Below, piece after piece: positions 1 to 14,112 of a DNA stretch of 64,000 nt (positions within the stretch are counted from its first letter, which is position 1; each line of letters starts with the position of its first letter). Location: the NCBI RefSeq assembly GCF_963921235.1, contig NC_086108.1, positions 56,050,001-56,114,000 of the forward strand, written 5' to 3'. Source of the stretch: Mobula hypostoma (taxonomy: Eukaryota). The position numbers and the translations under genes were made by a program. The notes beneath the pieces are model-generated. The model made no database searches. It was not told the origin of the DNA and saw only the letters and a program-made list of their open reading frames with translations.

Positions 1-1389
1 AAATATTTCAATGAACTTGTGGGTTATCGAGACTGCTAAACAGTAATTAATGCCTCAGAAAGACATAACAATAATTCGAGTGCATTTCAAGCAGCAAGGT
101 CATTTGTAACTTTATATCTTGATACAAGTATGTAAATGTCTGATGTTCCCATCAGAATTCTGGGCTCATGAGATTAAGCTGGAGAATGATGCAGGTCACC
201 ACTTCCTGTGGAAGAGCAGGGAATCATGAACAGCAGCAAAGATTGTATGTGCTTCTTCTAGAAGGTGCTGTCATATTTCAGAGCCAACCACAGCCAAATG
301 CCACCAGTTTTTCAGTCACCACACAACTCTAAAACTGAGACCATTGTGTTGGTGCTCTGCGTTAAAATGATGAAAAGAAGAAGCCAGATCACTTCCAGGC
401 AATAATAATGTTCTTGCCAGCTACTCTTTCTTGAGGCATGAAACTGGAAACAACTTGCTTCATTTAAAGAAAATAAAAACAGAAAAGGAGGCCATTGGAT
501 CTATCAGGTCAGTGCCAACTCCTGTGCACCATCCCAATCTGTTTGCTCCTCCCTCGTTATCTGTCTGTACCCTGTAGTTTATTCTTCCCTATATGTCCAA
601 CAACATCCCTATGAAGGGTTTTAGTCATATGTTCCTCTCTCAGTATTTCTTGACACCAGGAAGGTAAGTGAGATATGGGAGATAATGCAGGGGATCCACC
701 AGACTGATTCTGAAAACAAAGAACTGAGTTAGGAAGCGTGAGCTTTTAAAATAAAAGAAGTGATTGAACAGCGGGCCTTATTGCTGGCTGTGGTCAAAAT
801 GTGTTAGGATGTGATCCAGAAATGTGTAGATGTAGTAAATGAAAGGTGTGTACAAAGCAAAGTTTCACATCGTCAAACTGGGATAGGACCTAGGAATTCC
901 ACCCACCTGCCCCATTGTGTTTCATAAAGTTGTTTATTGATTGAATTTGTTGCAACACATGTGACCTGATGGCTACCCTTTGAATACTAAGGTGTAAGGC
1001 CTGATCCAGGGATTGGGAACGTGGATCCAGTTCAACTCAATGTGTTTTCTTTTCTTCATTATTTTGTAGCTTGGTTTGATTTTACTAGCCAAGATCTGTT
1101 CCACACTGTCTATTGTTAATCAAGACTAACCCACTTCCTGTTCCGTTTCATTTTGCTAAAAGTTGCAAAAACATTGTATTCCTAACCTTGATCATTCTGG
1201 AACATCAAACAGGTTTGGAGAGCTTCTACACAGTTGTGCACTTTAGTGCTAGTCCTCATTATGAAAGGCTGTTTCTTTCGTTATCTTTGCTGTTTGGTGC
1301 AACTAATGCAACTATCTTGTTATAAATGATCCATTCTTGCAGATATAGCACATTTAATTTTATCCCTAATATTTCTCCAGCTGTGACAT

Positions 1390-1800
1390 TGCTGCCAGTA
1401 CCTTATCAATATTAATAAATTCTTTCATTTCCTGATGGGCCTGTCTGACCTGGATAGTGTACAACCTTAAATTTTCTTTCCCAGATTAAAAAACTACTTT
1501 TGCCAGAGCTCCCTCTACCCCCTCATTAGTTCATAGCCCTGGTCTGATTGCCTTAGAGGATCTACTAGGATCAGTGCACTGCAAAGGGATAGATCTACTT
1601 TCCCTAGGAATGGTGCCAGTGTCCCATGAATAGAAATTCCTCCTCTTTTTTCAGATTTTTTTTTTACATGTCTCCTCCTTTCTCTTCTAGGCAGTCTGTG
1701 TTTGGCATAGAATGTAACCCAAGAATTGTTACCTTTGATGTTGTGTTTTTTAAAAATCTTTTTCTCTGGCTCCTCAAACTCTTTCATCAAGACCATTTTT
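1390..1800 (-). mobile_element. Old degraded CR1-type LINE fragment
   Basis: Reverse-strand remnants resembling the region downstream of the CR1 endonuclease (LDLxL, GxSDH-like segments). Heavily mutated, boundaries approximate. Confidence 0.4.
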
Positions 1801-4155
1801 AATTCATCTTATTTTGCTGTTTTCTACAGAAATACAGCAACTGGATCTGTCCCTACTTGCTCAAATTCTTCATCTGCTAGGAGTTACCATTTTAACTCTG
1901 TCACTAGCCGGGTAACACAATCTTCAGGACTCCTGAACATGGTTGCTTAGTGTTACTGTCCTCTGTGACATTCCTTTTCACAATCGTTTTCCCATAACCT
2001 GAATGGCCTCCTGTTCTTTCATTCTGTTTTAAGTATTCTCTTTTGCTACGGTTGTTAAAGAAACACAATGAGCCAACTGGCATAACTTTATGTGATAAAT
2101 ACAGTAATTATGTTGACAAATTATTGTTGATAATTATGTCTAATCACATGATTAAACTTCCATCAGTGTGTTCAATGAGCTTTCATTCCTGTTCCAGAAA
2201 CCAGAGCTAGATTTCTTTAGAAAAAAACTTATAATGATGGGCTGGGGAAACAAAAGTTAGATTATGTACAACATCATTTCTCTAAGTCAGAATGTAGATA
2301 ACATCTGTAGAATAATTCATGTCTATATTCCATTTTATAGATTCCAAAATCGAATTAAACTCCTACCAGTTTGTTTCTAAATTAACTGAGGCAGTATAAG
2401 ATTGACCTTCCTCAGGATTTGCATGGCTGTTTTGAAGTACTTAGGAAATATTATAAACATGGCACCAGAATGATCATCTCACACAATCTGAATTATCACT
2501 AGTATGTGAAGACTAGAATCATAAGAGAGAATGTGTAATAATTCATGCCCTCATTCAAGTAAAAAGCATGAGTTATAGAGAGATCTTTATCTTAAATCTG
2601 CATTCGTCTTTTTCTTAAAGAAGTATTCTGTTATCTTCTTTGTTGTTGAGAAGCATTAAGTATTTTATAGTAATAGATTGCAGATGCTTTAAAATAATAA
2701 AGTAATAAATTTATTTTTATCTTTAAGAAGTGAATATCCTCAGGGCAGTTTCCTACTGTCCTGAGAAACTGCACCAGAGATAGACCCAGGGAGCTGGATT
2801 TCCAAATTGTTTCCATCTGTTACGTCAAAAAGATAATAAGCTTCAAGAGAATTTTCTTCATTATAAGCTGTGGCAATGTGTTTTTTTTATTTAGCTGGCA
2901 ATTTTTCATTCAATATACATAACTTTAAAATACATTTTTTTTAAAATTGCAGTTAGATCCCAACTTCATTCCCAGCTGTCGTCTTTGGGATCAGGTGGGG
3001 GGCTGAGGCAGGGTGGTGGGGAAGTGTACGTTTATTGTGTTGCATGGTGAAATGGGTGACAGCAAACTAACTCAGAGTACTTAAGCATCCAAAATATAAT
3101 TGTAACTACTTTTAAATAATTACTTTATTATCCTCTCCAATTTCACACTTGCAATCTATTTTCCTGTTTATCTCTGCCTTTCATTGCTGTCTACTATTCT
3201 CCCTCCATTTATTTCTCCTTAACTCATTCATTAAGTTTGCATCATTTGTTTTTCTTTTTCTCTAGGCTTTATTTGCATTAGCTCCTTTTCTCCTGTCCAT
3301 CAGTTCTTCTTGCCCGTCAGTTCTTTATCTTGATCAAATAGAAAGTGTTAAGCACAGAACAAACAAGGAGGAAATACATAAAAGCTACCTCAGTCTCAGT
3401 AACTTCTGAAGACAGAGGCACAAGAGTATAGAATTTTAATTAATATGCACTCCTTTTTACATATTATCCATATGTTCCCTTCAGAAACATGAACTCCTCT
3501 TCCCAGCATAAGCTTTCTGATTCTTCCTCACACACCCCCTTCAAGATTTTCTCAGAGAACTCTCTATGAACCAAAGTTCTCTCAATACTGTAGATTTTGA
3601 TTGCATGCTGTTAGCAGCAAAATTGCAAGGCACTATTTAGGTATTTTTTCTTTGTAAAAAGTGATCATTATGAGCACAAGGAAAAATGTAGCTTATAAAA
3701 GCTAAATTTTATTTAGTGTTTTATTTTAAGAACAAATTATTTGGCCACCCATTGGTCCATTTATTCATTGTAGATCCAGAAATGTGGAAGAACTAACTCA
3801 TCTGATTTTATTCAAAATGTCAGCCATTTGCCTTAATTGCCTGGACAAGGCATAGAAGGAATTTGCCAGGTTTCACACTCTTAATCACTGTCCATTGCAA
3901 GCCTGTTGAGATCTCATGAGGACAGATTAAAATTTGTGATGATGGCTTGCATCACATATTGTCTAGAAGAAGAATGGTTATTTGGAAAAAGACAAAATAG
4001 GACCAGAATAAAACATAGCATAGGAAGAGTAAATTCTACTTAGTTTCTTGCATCAGGAAACTATGAATTGTTATTTACCTGAAATACGTATTTCTATTGA
4101 TCTTTTGAAATTCTGTTTAAAGACAGGCTCACGTACTTTGTGTTTTACTTAACAG

Positions 4156-4219
4156 GATTGAGAAAACGTACAAGGAAAGCTTTTGGTATACGGAAGAAAG
4201 AAAAAGACACTGATTCAAC
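4156..4219 (+). CDS. SGIP1: SGIP1 coding exon (64 nt), N-terminal basic region: (G)[20 protein letters not shown](T)
   Basis: Acceptor ttttacttaacag| and donor |gtaagt. The translation matches the vertebrate SGIP1 N-terminus as I recall it ([22 protein letters not shown]). Phase 1 in, phase 2 out. The ATG-containing exon is not seen in the window. Confidence 0.95.
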
Positions 4220-4708
4220 GTAAGTGTTTGGTCTAAATAACAACTTCTGTCAGATTTATCATTCTCTTGTGTGATAAACAAAGTGCCCCTTCTGGGGTTG
4301 TCTGTCAGTGAAAAATTATTCCTGACATATTAAGGGGAAGTATTATAAAGACATTTACCTGTACTCATCACTCTCATCTAAATACAAAGTAACCAGAGAA
4401 GCCTCGTTGGTATCTTAATGCACTATCAATATTAAGTTTATTATTGACATTGTAATTAGAGGTGATGGTTTTGTAGTTGGCCTTATTTTTCTACTTCAAA
4501 GCAGTTATAAAAATTGAAGCTGTGCTGTTAATAGTTCACCAACTAGAGCTGAGGTACAGTAGGTTCAGTCTTATTTACATGTGTTTTCAAACTGCAAATG
4601 ATCAGAAGTTCAAAGTATGTAAATGTCTCATGGTATCACTTTTAATTATCAGACTTTGCTATGCAATTTAATCAAGATAACAGTCATAGATATTTCCTAT
4701 GATAAAGA

Positions 4709-5030
4709 TTAAAGATTAGTTTTATTTGTCACACGTACATCAAAATATTGAAACATACAGTGAAGTGTGTCATTTGCGTCAACAACCAGCACAGTATGAG
4801 GGTGAGCTGGGGCAGTCCACAAGAGTCTCCATGCTTCTGATACTGACGAAGCAAGCCCACAACTTACTAACTCTAACCCTAACTCATGCCTTTGGAATGT
4901 GAGAGGAATACATAGCACCCAGAGGAAACCCAAGCAGTCATAGGGAGGACGTACTAACAATGGTGGGAATTGAACTCCGATCACTGATCACTAGCACTGT
5001 AAAGCTTCACACTAACTACACTACCTGTTC
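4709..5030 (-). mobile_element. V-SINE (HE1-like) copy
   Basis: tgtgagaggaatacatagcacccagaggaaacccaagcagtcatagggagga is the reverse complement of the V-domain core. A tRNA-like head remnant (gggaattgaac) and a LINE-like tail are present. Confidence 0.7.
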
Positions 5031-5989
5031 TCCATCATCAAGTGTGCATTTAGGGATCAGAGGTTTGGAGACATTAAAGTTATAGGTTAGAAAGGGAAAT
5101 GCATTCTTCTGAGGAGCATTGACTCCCAGAGTCTTTAGCTCTCCCACACTGGCAGAAATTTTCAATCCTTCTCGTCAGCAGGGTCAAGACTTTACTACCC
5201 TGGCAAGGGTAATGTCAAACTTATTATTCTGCTCCCACCTAAGGTGTGGCTGACACCATGAGAGCGAAATTCACCTTTGGTCATGGAAGAAGTAATAGTT
5301 ACTACTTAGAGTAATACAGGACAGTAACAAGCCCTTCAGCCACTATATTGCCTCTCCTCATTCTTCCCACCAAAATGCATCACCTCACATTTCCCTCAAT
5401 TGTCTATTATATGCACACGCCTGCTCAACTATCCAGCCTGTCAACAACCCTCTGAATCTACCTCTATTCTCCTCACACTTCACAATGACAGGTTTTACTG
5501 AATTTAACATTAAGCCCTTTTTTTGAACAAGGGGGTAACATTCAGAGTCGGGAAAGATAAAAGGTGATCTCATTAAAACAGACACTGTTCCAATAGAAGA
5601 GACCTGAGAAGTAAGAGAAAGAGATCAATAGATTTTTGGCTATTAAGGAAATTGAGGGATAAGGAGAGACATTGTAAAACTCCTCCCCAGGTTGCGGCAG
5701 GGTGCTATACCTGTGGCCCGAACATTTCACAAGTCAGAAACATGGCAAAGAACCAATGGTGGAAAATAGCTTCAGCCGTGTAGCGGCTGGCAAATCCATC
5801 CTGCCAGTCTACCAGACACCTGCTTGTATGTATGGGCTGCCCTTAACCTGGAGAGAATCTATAGTTCGAGAACTCCGGCAGGGAGAAGGTGAAATTCCGG
5901 AACATGTTATCACTAAAAAAAGGGATTAGCTGCCTTAACAGGTTTAATGGTGGATAGATTCTTAGGGTCTGCTGAGATGCATTGTACCC

Positions 5990-6128
5990 TGGTCTGATGA
6001 ATGATCTCTGCCCAGAAGGTCAATTAACCATTTCCCTCTATATATAGATGCTGCCCGACCCCCTAATTTTCTCAAGCATTTTGTGTGTTGCTCCAGGTTT
6101 CCAGCATTTGCAGACTTTCTTGTTTCTC
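5990..6128 (+). mobile_element. Degenerate Penelope-like terminal repeat fragment
   Basis: ctgatga...gatgctgcc...gcattttgtgtgttgctccaggtttccagcatttgcagactttcttg follows the same layout as the younger copies. The hammerhead motif is decayed. Confidence 0.65.
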
Positions 6129-6534
6129 TGATTGGAGGAGGGTGTGAGCCTTCTCAGAGTCCTGCGGGCATTACATAATTCTGCACCTGGCTCTGGGTAG
6201 AGGGTTCTCCACGGCATAGCTAAGACTGTCATCTCTTTTAGATGAACTTTCATCTAACAGGGGATAGAAAATACTACTACAAATTATTTGAAATGAATCA
6301 TCATTCTTTTGGATGCATGGGCCAATTGTATTTTAGGTTAGCTGTTGTTTGGAGGTATTATAAAACAAAGGTGAAGACTGTAAGCTGGATCTTCCTCAAT
6401 CTCTGAATAAAGGGCATTCTGGTTACCAGCCATAAATCATGCCTAATCTACATGGTTTTGTTTTGGTGTTCACTAATCACTTGATGAATGCTATCCAAAA
6501 TATTTTGTGCTTTGCAAAATCCAGTACAGCATAA

Positions 6535-7105
6535 TAGAATCAGAATCAGGCTTATTATCACTGACATACAGAATGTTGTGAGATTTGTTTTGTGGCAGCA
6601 GTACAGTGCAATATATTACAGAGTTATTACGAGTTAGTAGGCATCTGTTAGTCTCGTGAGACTATGGATTTGTGCCTTGGAAGGTTTCCAGGGCGCAGGC
6701 CTGGGCAAGGTTGTATGGAAGACCGGCAGTTGCCCCTCCCTCTCCATGCCACCGATGTTATCCAAGGGAAGGGTACAAGGGCCGATACAGCTTATTACAA
6801 GTTACCATAAGAAATACTATAAAAAATAATAAGCCATCCAAAAAGATAGCAAAATAGTGAGTTAGTGTTCATTGACTGTTCAGTAATCTGACGGCAGAGG
6901 GGAAGAAAGTGTTCCTAAAACTTTGAGTATGGTTCTACAGGCTCCTGTTCCTGGGTGATGTGAGACCTTAATGATGAATGCCACCTTCTTGAGGCATTGC
7001 CTTGTGAAAATGTCCTCAATGGTGGGGAGCCTAGTACCAACGATATACCTGGCTTACAAGTCTCTGCAGCTTTTTCTGATGTTATGCAGGCCAGTGCATA
7101 ACTTA
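6535..7105 (-). mobile_element. Rex1/Babar LINE 3' fragment with (ATTCTG)n tail, interrupted by a SINE-like insert
   Basis: agaatcagaatcagg tail and C-terminal coding remnants. The insert at 6637-6791 is flanked by ttattacgagtta / ttattacaagtta. Confidence 0.7.
6637..6791 (-). mobile_element. Short GC-richer SINE-like insert (possibly RTE-related) with 13-bp TSD
   Basis: Direct repeats at 6624-6636 and 6792-6804 with one mismatch. Family assignment and strand are tentative. Confidence 0.55.
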
Positions 7106-9057
7106 CCAGTCGCCAGTGCGACTCCTGTGAACTGCAGAGTAACTGATACTGCTGATATACCTTCTGGTAGGTAGGTATCAATAAGATTGAAAGTTTGGGA
7201 TAATATTCATTACAATGGTTAGAAGATTGCCAGAGATAACAGTTGCTTGTAGTTCAGATTCCAACAGGTAGCACAATACTGAACAAGTTTGTCAAGTAGA
7301 GCATCTTTGCAAAATGTGAAAGAATCTGTTCTTAATTGATATACTTTTATATTTGCAAGCAACTCTCATTTTGAACCAAATCTGAATCTGAACCTGAATC
7401 AAAGCATCTTAGATCAGCTTCCAAGAACACAATAGACAGTGACAGATCTGTGTGCAGTTTGACAGATGTCCCACCAATTTATGTTCCCTGAACATCACTC
7501 AAACCCTGTACCACCAGACAAAGCAACCCCACGATACAGGAAATTGATTAATAATTATAATAAATTTATAATTAATAAAAATAATTATTGAAGTACAGGA
7601 GACTGTAGAAATATACTTTTGGCTCATGACCACACATCTATTGTACCATTTGTAATCAATATTCCTTGAATATATTAACCACATTTTATTTTTAGTGGAA
7701 AAATATTTCTTCAATCTTTGGAACCCAATTTGAAGAAGGACTAAATCCAAGACACTGTTACATGTGAAAATAAAATAAAAATAAGGCAAATAAAAAACAA
7801 TGAATAAGTTATAATCAGATTTTTAACAGAATTTGATCATCTGTAAAACCATTCATTAGTATTAATCGTTCAATAATAATTGAATTGTTTGGTTCATAAT
7901 TTGTTTACTCTTTTCAATTTCGGTGACGCTATTCACTTTGGTTATTCAGTTTAAAAATACAGTCAGGCCGTGACTAAGTGTTGGCAGCTGCAGAAAAAAA
8001 AGTGATAAGAGATTGGTTGCCTTCCATGTTTCAGTGGAAAAATTCAGCAGAACGTGGAATGAATGACTGATTAATTATGATCACAGATTGCCAGAAGTTG
8101 CAATCAGCCTTTTTATTCCAATTGCCAGACCTAATAAACAAATAATACATAGCTACTGTATTATATCACCAGAAATGGCAAATCATGCACAGTACACCTT
8201 AGGGTATATCATCATATACTAATTATAATCACCTAGCACAGTAGCACTGTTTCATTAGGTGCAATATTATCTAAATAGCAATGTGACTCTAAATGCACAT
8301 TTATTAAAAATAAATCTTAAGAACAAAATGTAACACTTGCCTGCCTCAAGATTTTGAAGTCCTGGTTTAGTGTTGCCTTTCCTTGCACAGTGATTTATCT
8401 CCTCCCTAATGAAGGTGCGTACAAACACGTTAAACAAGGCTAGGGGATACCAGTGCAGGGGGAGGTCATTTGGCTCTAATCTTTATAACTGAAGTCCAGG
8501 CATCTAGTGGCTCCTCATGAATGAGGTAGCTTCCCACTTCTATAGCTTCACAGCAACTACAATCCTGATTTAAGAGTTAGCATTACCTACCTTAGGAATT
8601 CAAACTGCACAATTTTGTAAGTGGTCATGGATTTAATTATTTCTTTTATATCCTTCAATTAAATCGTAATACTGAGAAATTTAGCTTAGAATAAGATGCT
8701 TTCCTTCATTCCCATCAGGTGGAATGCCCATGAAAACCCTATTATAATAAACAAATACAATGTGAGATTTTCCAGAAGCTAACAGTGATCGTACCAGAAT
8801 TTTTTTTGTTAGTTCATTACAGATCAAGGACAGATGTGACGCATTAACAATGTTCCTTGCTGGTTTTACTTCAATAGAATTTTTGCTATGGTTTGTTTGT
8901 TAGCATGAATAAAAAGTTGTCACGTAACTTTCAGAGTAGAAGCTCTTATTCCTGTTCCTTAATTTCAAGTTTTCTTTTATTTTAACTAGTCCTAGCATGT
9001 CCTCCTTCCTCTTATTTCACTGTGTGGGAATCTGAAATTTATTTCCCTTTGGCAGTA

Positions 9058-9760
9058 CATACGAAGTGTTGGGGGAACTCAGCAAATCAGGCAGCAGCAG
9101 CAGCAGGTATGGAAGGGAACAAAGAGTCAATGTTTTTGCCCAAGATCCTCCAACAGGATTGGAAAGAGAAGGGGCAGAAGACAGAATGCGGAGGTGAGGG
9201 AAGGGAAGGAGTACGAGCTGGTAAGTGATATGTGAGATGAGGTGAGGGGATGAAGGAAGAAGTTAGACGATGATAGGTGAAAGGGTAAAGGACTAAAAAT
9301 AAGAAATCTAACAGGAGAAGACAATGGACCATGGAAGAAAGGAAAGGAGCAGGGAGGTGATGGGCAGGAGAAGAAAAGGGAAGCATCAAGAGGATAACCA
9401 GAAAGGGGAATGGAAAAAGAAAGATGGGGAAGGGGGTATTTACCAGAAGTTAGAGCAACCGGTGTTCATGTCATCAAGTTGGGGGCTACTCAGACAGAAT
9501 ATGAGGTTTTGTTCCTCCAACTTGGCCTCAATGGGCAGTAGGGGAGGCCATGGACAGACATTTTGGAATGGGAATATGAAGCTGAATTGATATAGTGGCC
9601 ATCAAAAGATCTTACGTTTTGTGGCAGATAGAGCAAAGGTGATTGACAAACCAGTCCCCAAATCTATGTCAGGTCTCTCTGATGTAGGAGAGGCTACACC
9701 AGGAGCATCGGATACAATGGACAACTCCAATAGACTTGCAAATGAAGTGTCACCTGTTGA
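9058..9760 (-). mobile_element. Penelope-like element 3' part (GIY-YIG C-terminus, pyrimidine-rich UTR, decayed hammerhead)
   Basis: Colinear with 58706-59450. Contains a purine-rich block and reverse-strand remnants resembling LEEQNLIFCLSSPQLDDMNTGCSNFW. Confidence 0.8.
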
Positions 9761-10289
9761 ATTCTGGTATTTTAATCCAAGGTTCTTTTAGAAATCAAGA
9801 TCAAGGCATAAACATGTTGCTTCATGATCATTTTGTTAAGAGTTGATAGAACAAAGAGAATAGGAACAGAACAGTGACAGAGGGTCACTGCTACTTGAAG
9901 AAGAGAGAAACTAACGATGGCACATAGCATAAAACAGTTATTTTCCTAATCTTTGGGTATAAAAATTCCATTCAAATCTATAGATAAGAGTAAACCAATT
10001 AGAAATGATTTATTCAATACCGCAGTTAAATTAACCAATGAGAGTACACTTATTCACTTACTGAAGTACAGAGAACCTTTCAGAATTATACTTTGCTTAG
10101 CCACTAGAGGCATATTAAATTGCTATACATATTAAACTGACATGCATATAAGAGCTACTTAAAATACATGGGGATAATCAGTTGTTAAACTGCAACAAAA
10201 TGATAATTAACATTTAACAGTTGGATCCAACACACCTCACCTGTTTGGGGCTCTGAATCATGGTGAGGGAGGAGATGTAGGTGCAGGAG

Positions 10290-10697
10290 TGTGACTACCC
10301 AGGCCAAGTTCTCTTCTCGCTGCTGCATCAGGTAGAAGGTACAGGAGCCTCAGGACTCACATCACTGGATCCAAGAATAATTACCACCCCTCAACCATCG
10401 TGCTCTGAATAAAAGGGAATAACTACATATGCTTGTCATTGAAATGTCCCCACAATTAATAATCTCACTTCAAGGACTCTTTATTTCATTATGTCATGTT
10501 CTCATTATTTATAGCTATTTATTTGTATTTGTATTTACACAGTTTGTTGTCTTCTGCACTCTGACTAATCTTCCACTTATCCTGTTATAGTTACTGTTCT
10601 ATAGATTTGCTGAGTATGCCTGCAGGAAAATGAATCTTAGGTTGTATATGGTGACATACATGTACTTTGATAATAAAATTTACTTCGAACTTTGAAC
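10290..10697 (+). mobile_element. Rex1/Babar LINE 3' end with (GAACTTT)-like tail
   Basis: Remnant of the LFSLL.SGRRYRSL motif (catcaggtagaaggtacaggagcctc), a 3' UTR, aataaaa and a tail. Confidence 0.7.
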
Positions 10698-12547
10698 AAG
10701 AGGTAGATTGTGAGGTCGAGAGTCCATATTAACCAAGTAGGGAATGGTTGAATAGTCTTCTAACAGTGGGATAGACTATTGGTAGTTTCTCACAATAGCT
10801 TTTCATTACTCCAGTTGTGGCCAGACCACTCTTGCAAATTATTTCTTACTCATATGTTTTATATGTTGATTTATAAAGTTCAGTATCAGTACTCTACTGA
10901 CCACTTTCTCAATGTGCATTACTACCATCAACAAATTTCCTCATATTTCTCTATTCTTGCACTCATTTTAGTTGATCCTGTGCATTTATACCAACATTTT
11001 TTATTCTAATTTTTATCAAAATGTAACACTGGACATTGTTCAGCATTTAAATTCATCTAAATTTAGTTTTAGCCTACCTGTATCTCCTTGAAGTCAATTA
11101 ATAGCCATTTTTCAGCTCTCTATTCCTCTAAGTTTGGTGTCATCTGCAAATGTGGAAATTGTGCTCCATCCACCCAAGTCCAGGACATCATTCGTCATCT
11201 CCGGGGAAGCTCACCATACACCTTTTTCCAAACCAAAAAGAAACTCATTTAACCAATGTTTTTTATCCATGCCATGATTGTCTCCTGTGCTTCATAGGTT
11301 TTGTTCTTGGTGATAAGAGATTTAGATGACATCTTATCATCTGCTGTTTGGAGTCCTATACAATTACATTTCTCTCATTGGCCCTCAAATAGTTCCTCAA
11401 AATGCTGTCATTAGTTAGTTAGACAGGATTTGCCTTCAACAACTCTGGTCAGGCTTTCTCTAATTAACCCACGTTATCCAAATGTCTGGTAAATTTCTCA
11501 ATGGTCATTATTTCTAGAACCTTCACTAATGAAGTTGTCTTGGGTCGTTTATAGTTTAGAGGAAATGGTAGGGTCCTGGGGAGTGTTGCAGAACAGGGCT
11601 GAGAAGTACAAGTACATGGTTCACTCAAAGTGGAGTTACAGATAGATAAATGTCACAGGGTGTAACACAGTGGTTCCCAAAGTGGCAGTATCACTCCGCC
11701 CCCCCCCCCCAGAGCAGTGGGACTTTCTAAGGGGTGATAAAGATGAAGGGTGCAGTGGGGAGGCGCTCGGTAGCAAGGGGAGTAGCTGAGGGATTACAGG
11801 CTTAATTTAAGAAATGACTTACTTAATCCAAGCACTCATAATTAATTACAATTATCACATAGTCACCTCATTTTTTGCTAACCCACCAACTCTTAGACTT
11901 TGCTCGAAGTTCATTATAGTTGTTGAAAAGCAATGTGACACTTCTGTATTTGGCAAATCATGAGAAATCTGGACTGAAAAAAATGTGTTATTTCTGAGCC
12001 CAGTACACACATTATTGCCTTTACTGCTGTAGAACAGTGTTAACTTGTATGATTCCCATACTCCAATCATGCAGTGACACAATTCCTGTGAATTGGGGAG
12101 AATTTGGTTGAATTCAATGAGGTAATTTTCAAAATCTGCCCTGTTGAATGGTCTTGACTGCTCTCCTCTAGCCCACAGCCCAACCAAGATATTGCTACCC
12201 CACTTTATGTACCTTCAGGGCAGAGAGTCAGGTTTTGCCTGAGCTATTGTGACATCAGAACTTTGCCCCTTATTGATCGCAGTGTTTGAGTTTGGACTTA
12301 TACAATAGGTGGTAATTGATGGTTGTTTTTAATCCATAATGAAAATAGCAGAAGCAGACCAATGAAAAAGAAGTGTAGACAGTATAGTGTGGAGTACCTG
12401 AAATATGGAGTTATACCAACACCAAGCAATCAACCACAGCCAATATGTTCATAGTGTGAAAAAGGTTTTTCAAATGAGGCAATGAAGTCATCCAGGATCC
12501 TTGAACATTTCAAGAGAATACACTCTCATAAAACAGACAAGAATCTT

Positions 12548-12679
12548 CGCAAATATGAGGAAATCTGCAGATGCTGGAAATTCAAGTAACACACACAAAA
12601 TGCTGGTGGAACGCAGCAGGCCAGACAGCATCCATAGGAAGAAGCACAGTCAACGTTTCAGGCTGAGACCCTTTGTTTT
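12548..12679 (-). mobile_element. Penelope terminal-repeat fragment inserted in the hAT transposase
   Basis: gaggaaatctgcagatgctgg...cagtcaacgtttcaggctgagaccc, flanked by atctt (12543-12547 and 12680-12684). Truncated within the hammerhead motif. Confidence 0.85.
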
Positions 12680-14112
12680 ATCTTAAGTTATTTTGTGAAA
12701 GTATCCGGAAATGGAAAGTACTTCAAAACATGTTAGGCAATAGTTCACAACTAAGGAGTGGTGGTATGCATACTTCATATATTTAAGTGCTCACTGATAA
12801 ATCTGGAAAGCCCCATACTATTAGAGAAGAAATAATTCTGCCAGCAGTAAGGGAGGTTCTAAGTACAATTTTTCATTAGTCACCAGACCAAATAATTGAA
12901 GTGATTCCACTCAGTGACAACTCTGTTCAAAGATGAATAGGTCAAGTATCTAAAAATGCACGTTGTGCAACATACTTAGGACAACAGAATTTGTTCTGCA
13001 GTTGAATGAGTCGACTTTGCCAGGCAACGAATCTTTACTTCTTGGTTAAGTTTGCTTAGTAAAAGATGAAAGCATGGTTCAAGAGATGTTACTTGCAAGA
13101 GGATGTTATGAAGGGGGAGTCAATATTTTAGGTTGTTGAACAATTTTTAAAGAGAAGAACATCGCACTCATGAACATTCTTGCTTGTGCAACAAATTGGC
13201 AGGGCATCATCAATGACAGGACACCACTATGGGGTTATTATGTCCTTGAAAAATGCTGTACCTAATATATTTACCATTCACTGTGTAATTCACAGACAAC
13301 TTGTCATAAAACCCCTAAGTGATTGGCTGCACAAGTCATTAAATACTGTTATCACAGCAGTAAATAAAATCATGTCCCATGCTCTCAATTCTCAACTATT
13401 TTGAGAACTTTGTATTGAGAATGATAAACAGTTCGAACACTAGTTGTTGCACACACAAGTCAGGTGGCTCTCAAAAGGAAACTACCTGAGACACTTTTTA
13501 TGCACTATTTGAAAGTGTGAAGAAATTCACTGAAGACTCAAGTGTTTCATTCAGTAATCAACCCAAGAGCATGACCTAACATATTTGTCAGATTTATTCA
13601 CAAAGTTTAATGAAATCAGTCTTCAATTACAAAGAAATGACGTCAATTTTATCAAAGCCAGCTATCCCTGTTTAAGTGCAACAGTGGCCTTCACAATTAT
13701 TTTTCCAATTTCCAAGCCTCACTGATTTGGCAGAAAAAGAAAGAATACCAGATGGTGGTCTTCAAGTCTATAGTAACCAACTGAGTGAGCTGCATAAAGA
13801 CATGTCAGAAATATTCCAGGATCTTCTCTCTATCGAAATTCCAGATTGGGTAATAAATTCATTCCTGAATACTTTTAATGATGAATTAACAGGAAAGATG
13901 GAGGAAGAACCTCTCTACAAAATGATTTGAGCTGACGCTGAGATTCAAAAAATCATTATCTGAACTTTTAGTTGCAGAAGGAAATCTCTGAACATTATCC
14001 TGCACTGTACAAAAGGCTCAAGGTATTTTTTTATTGCCCTTTCAACATCATATTTAATAGAGCATGGTTTCAATGTGGTCACTTATTCCACAGCAATTAT
14101 TAAACATGGGGA

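Noticed and set aside
611..669. Strong donor AAG|GTAAGT at 663/664 with an upstream ATG and a possible acceptor, as a SGIP1 first exon or microexon
   Set aside because: The ATG frame ends in phase 2 but the next exon needs phase 1. The 20-nt microexon version would frameshift, and there is no similarity to the SGIP1 start.
5675..5930. GC-richer island with a 75-aa ORF (5702..5929)
   Set aside because: No splice signals in frame with SGIP1 and no recognisable family. Probably a repeat fragment, left unassigned.
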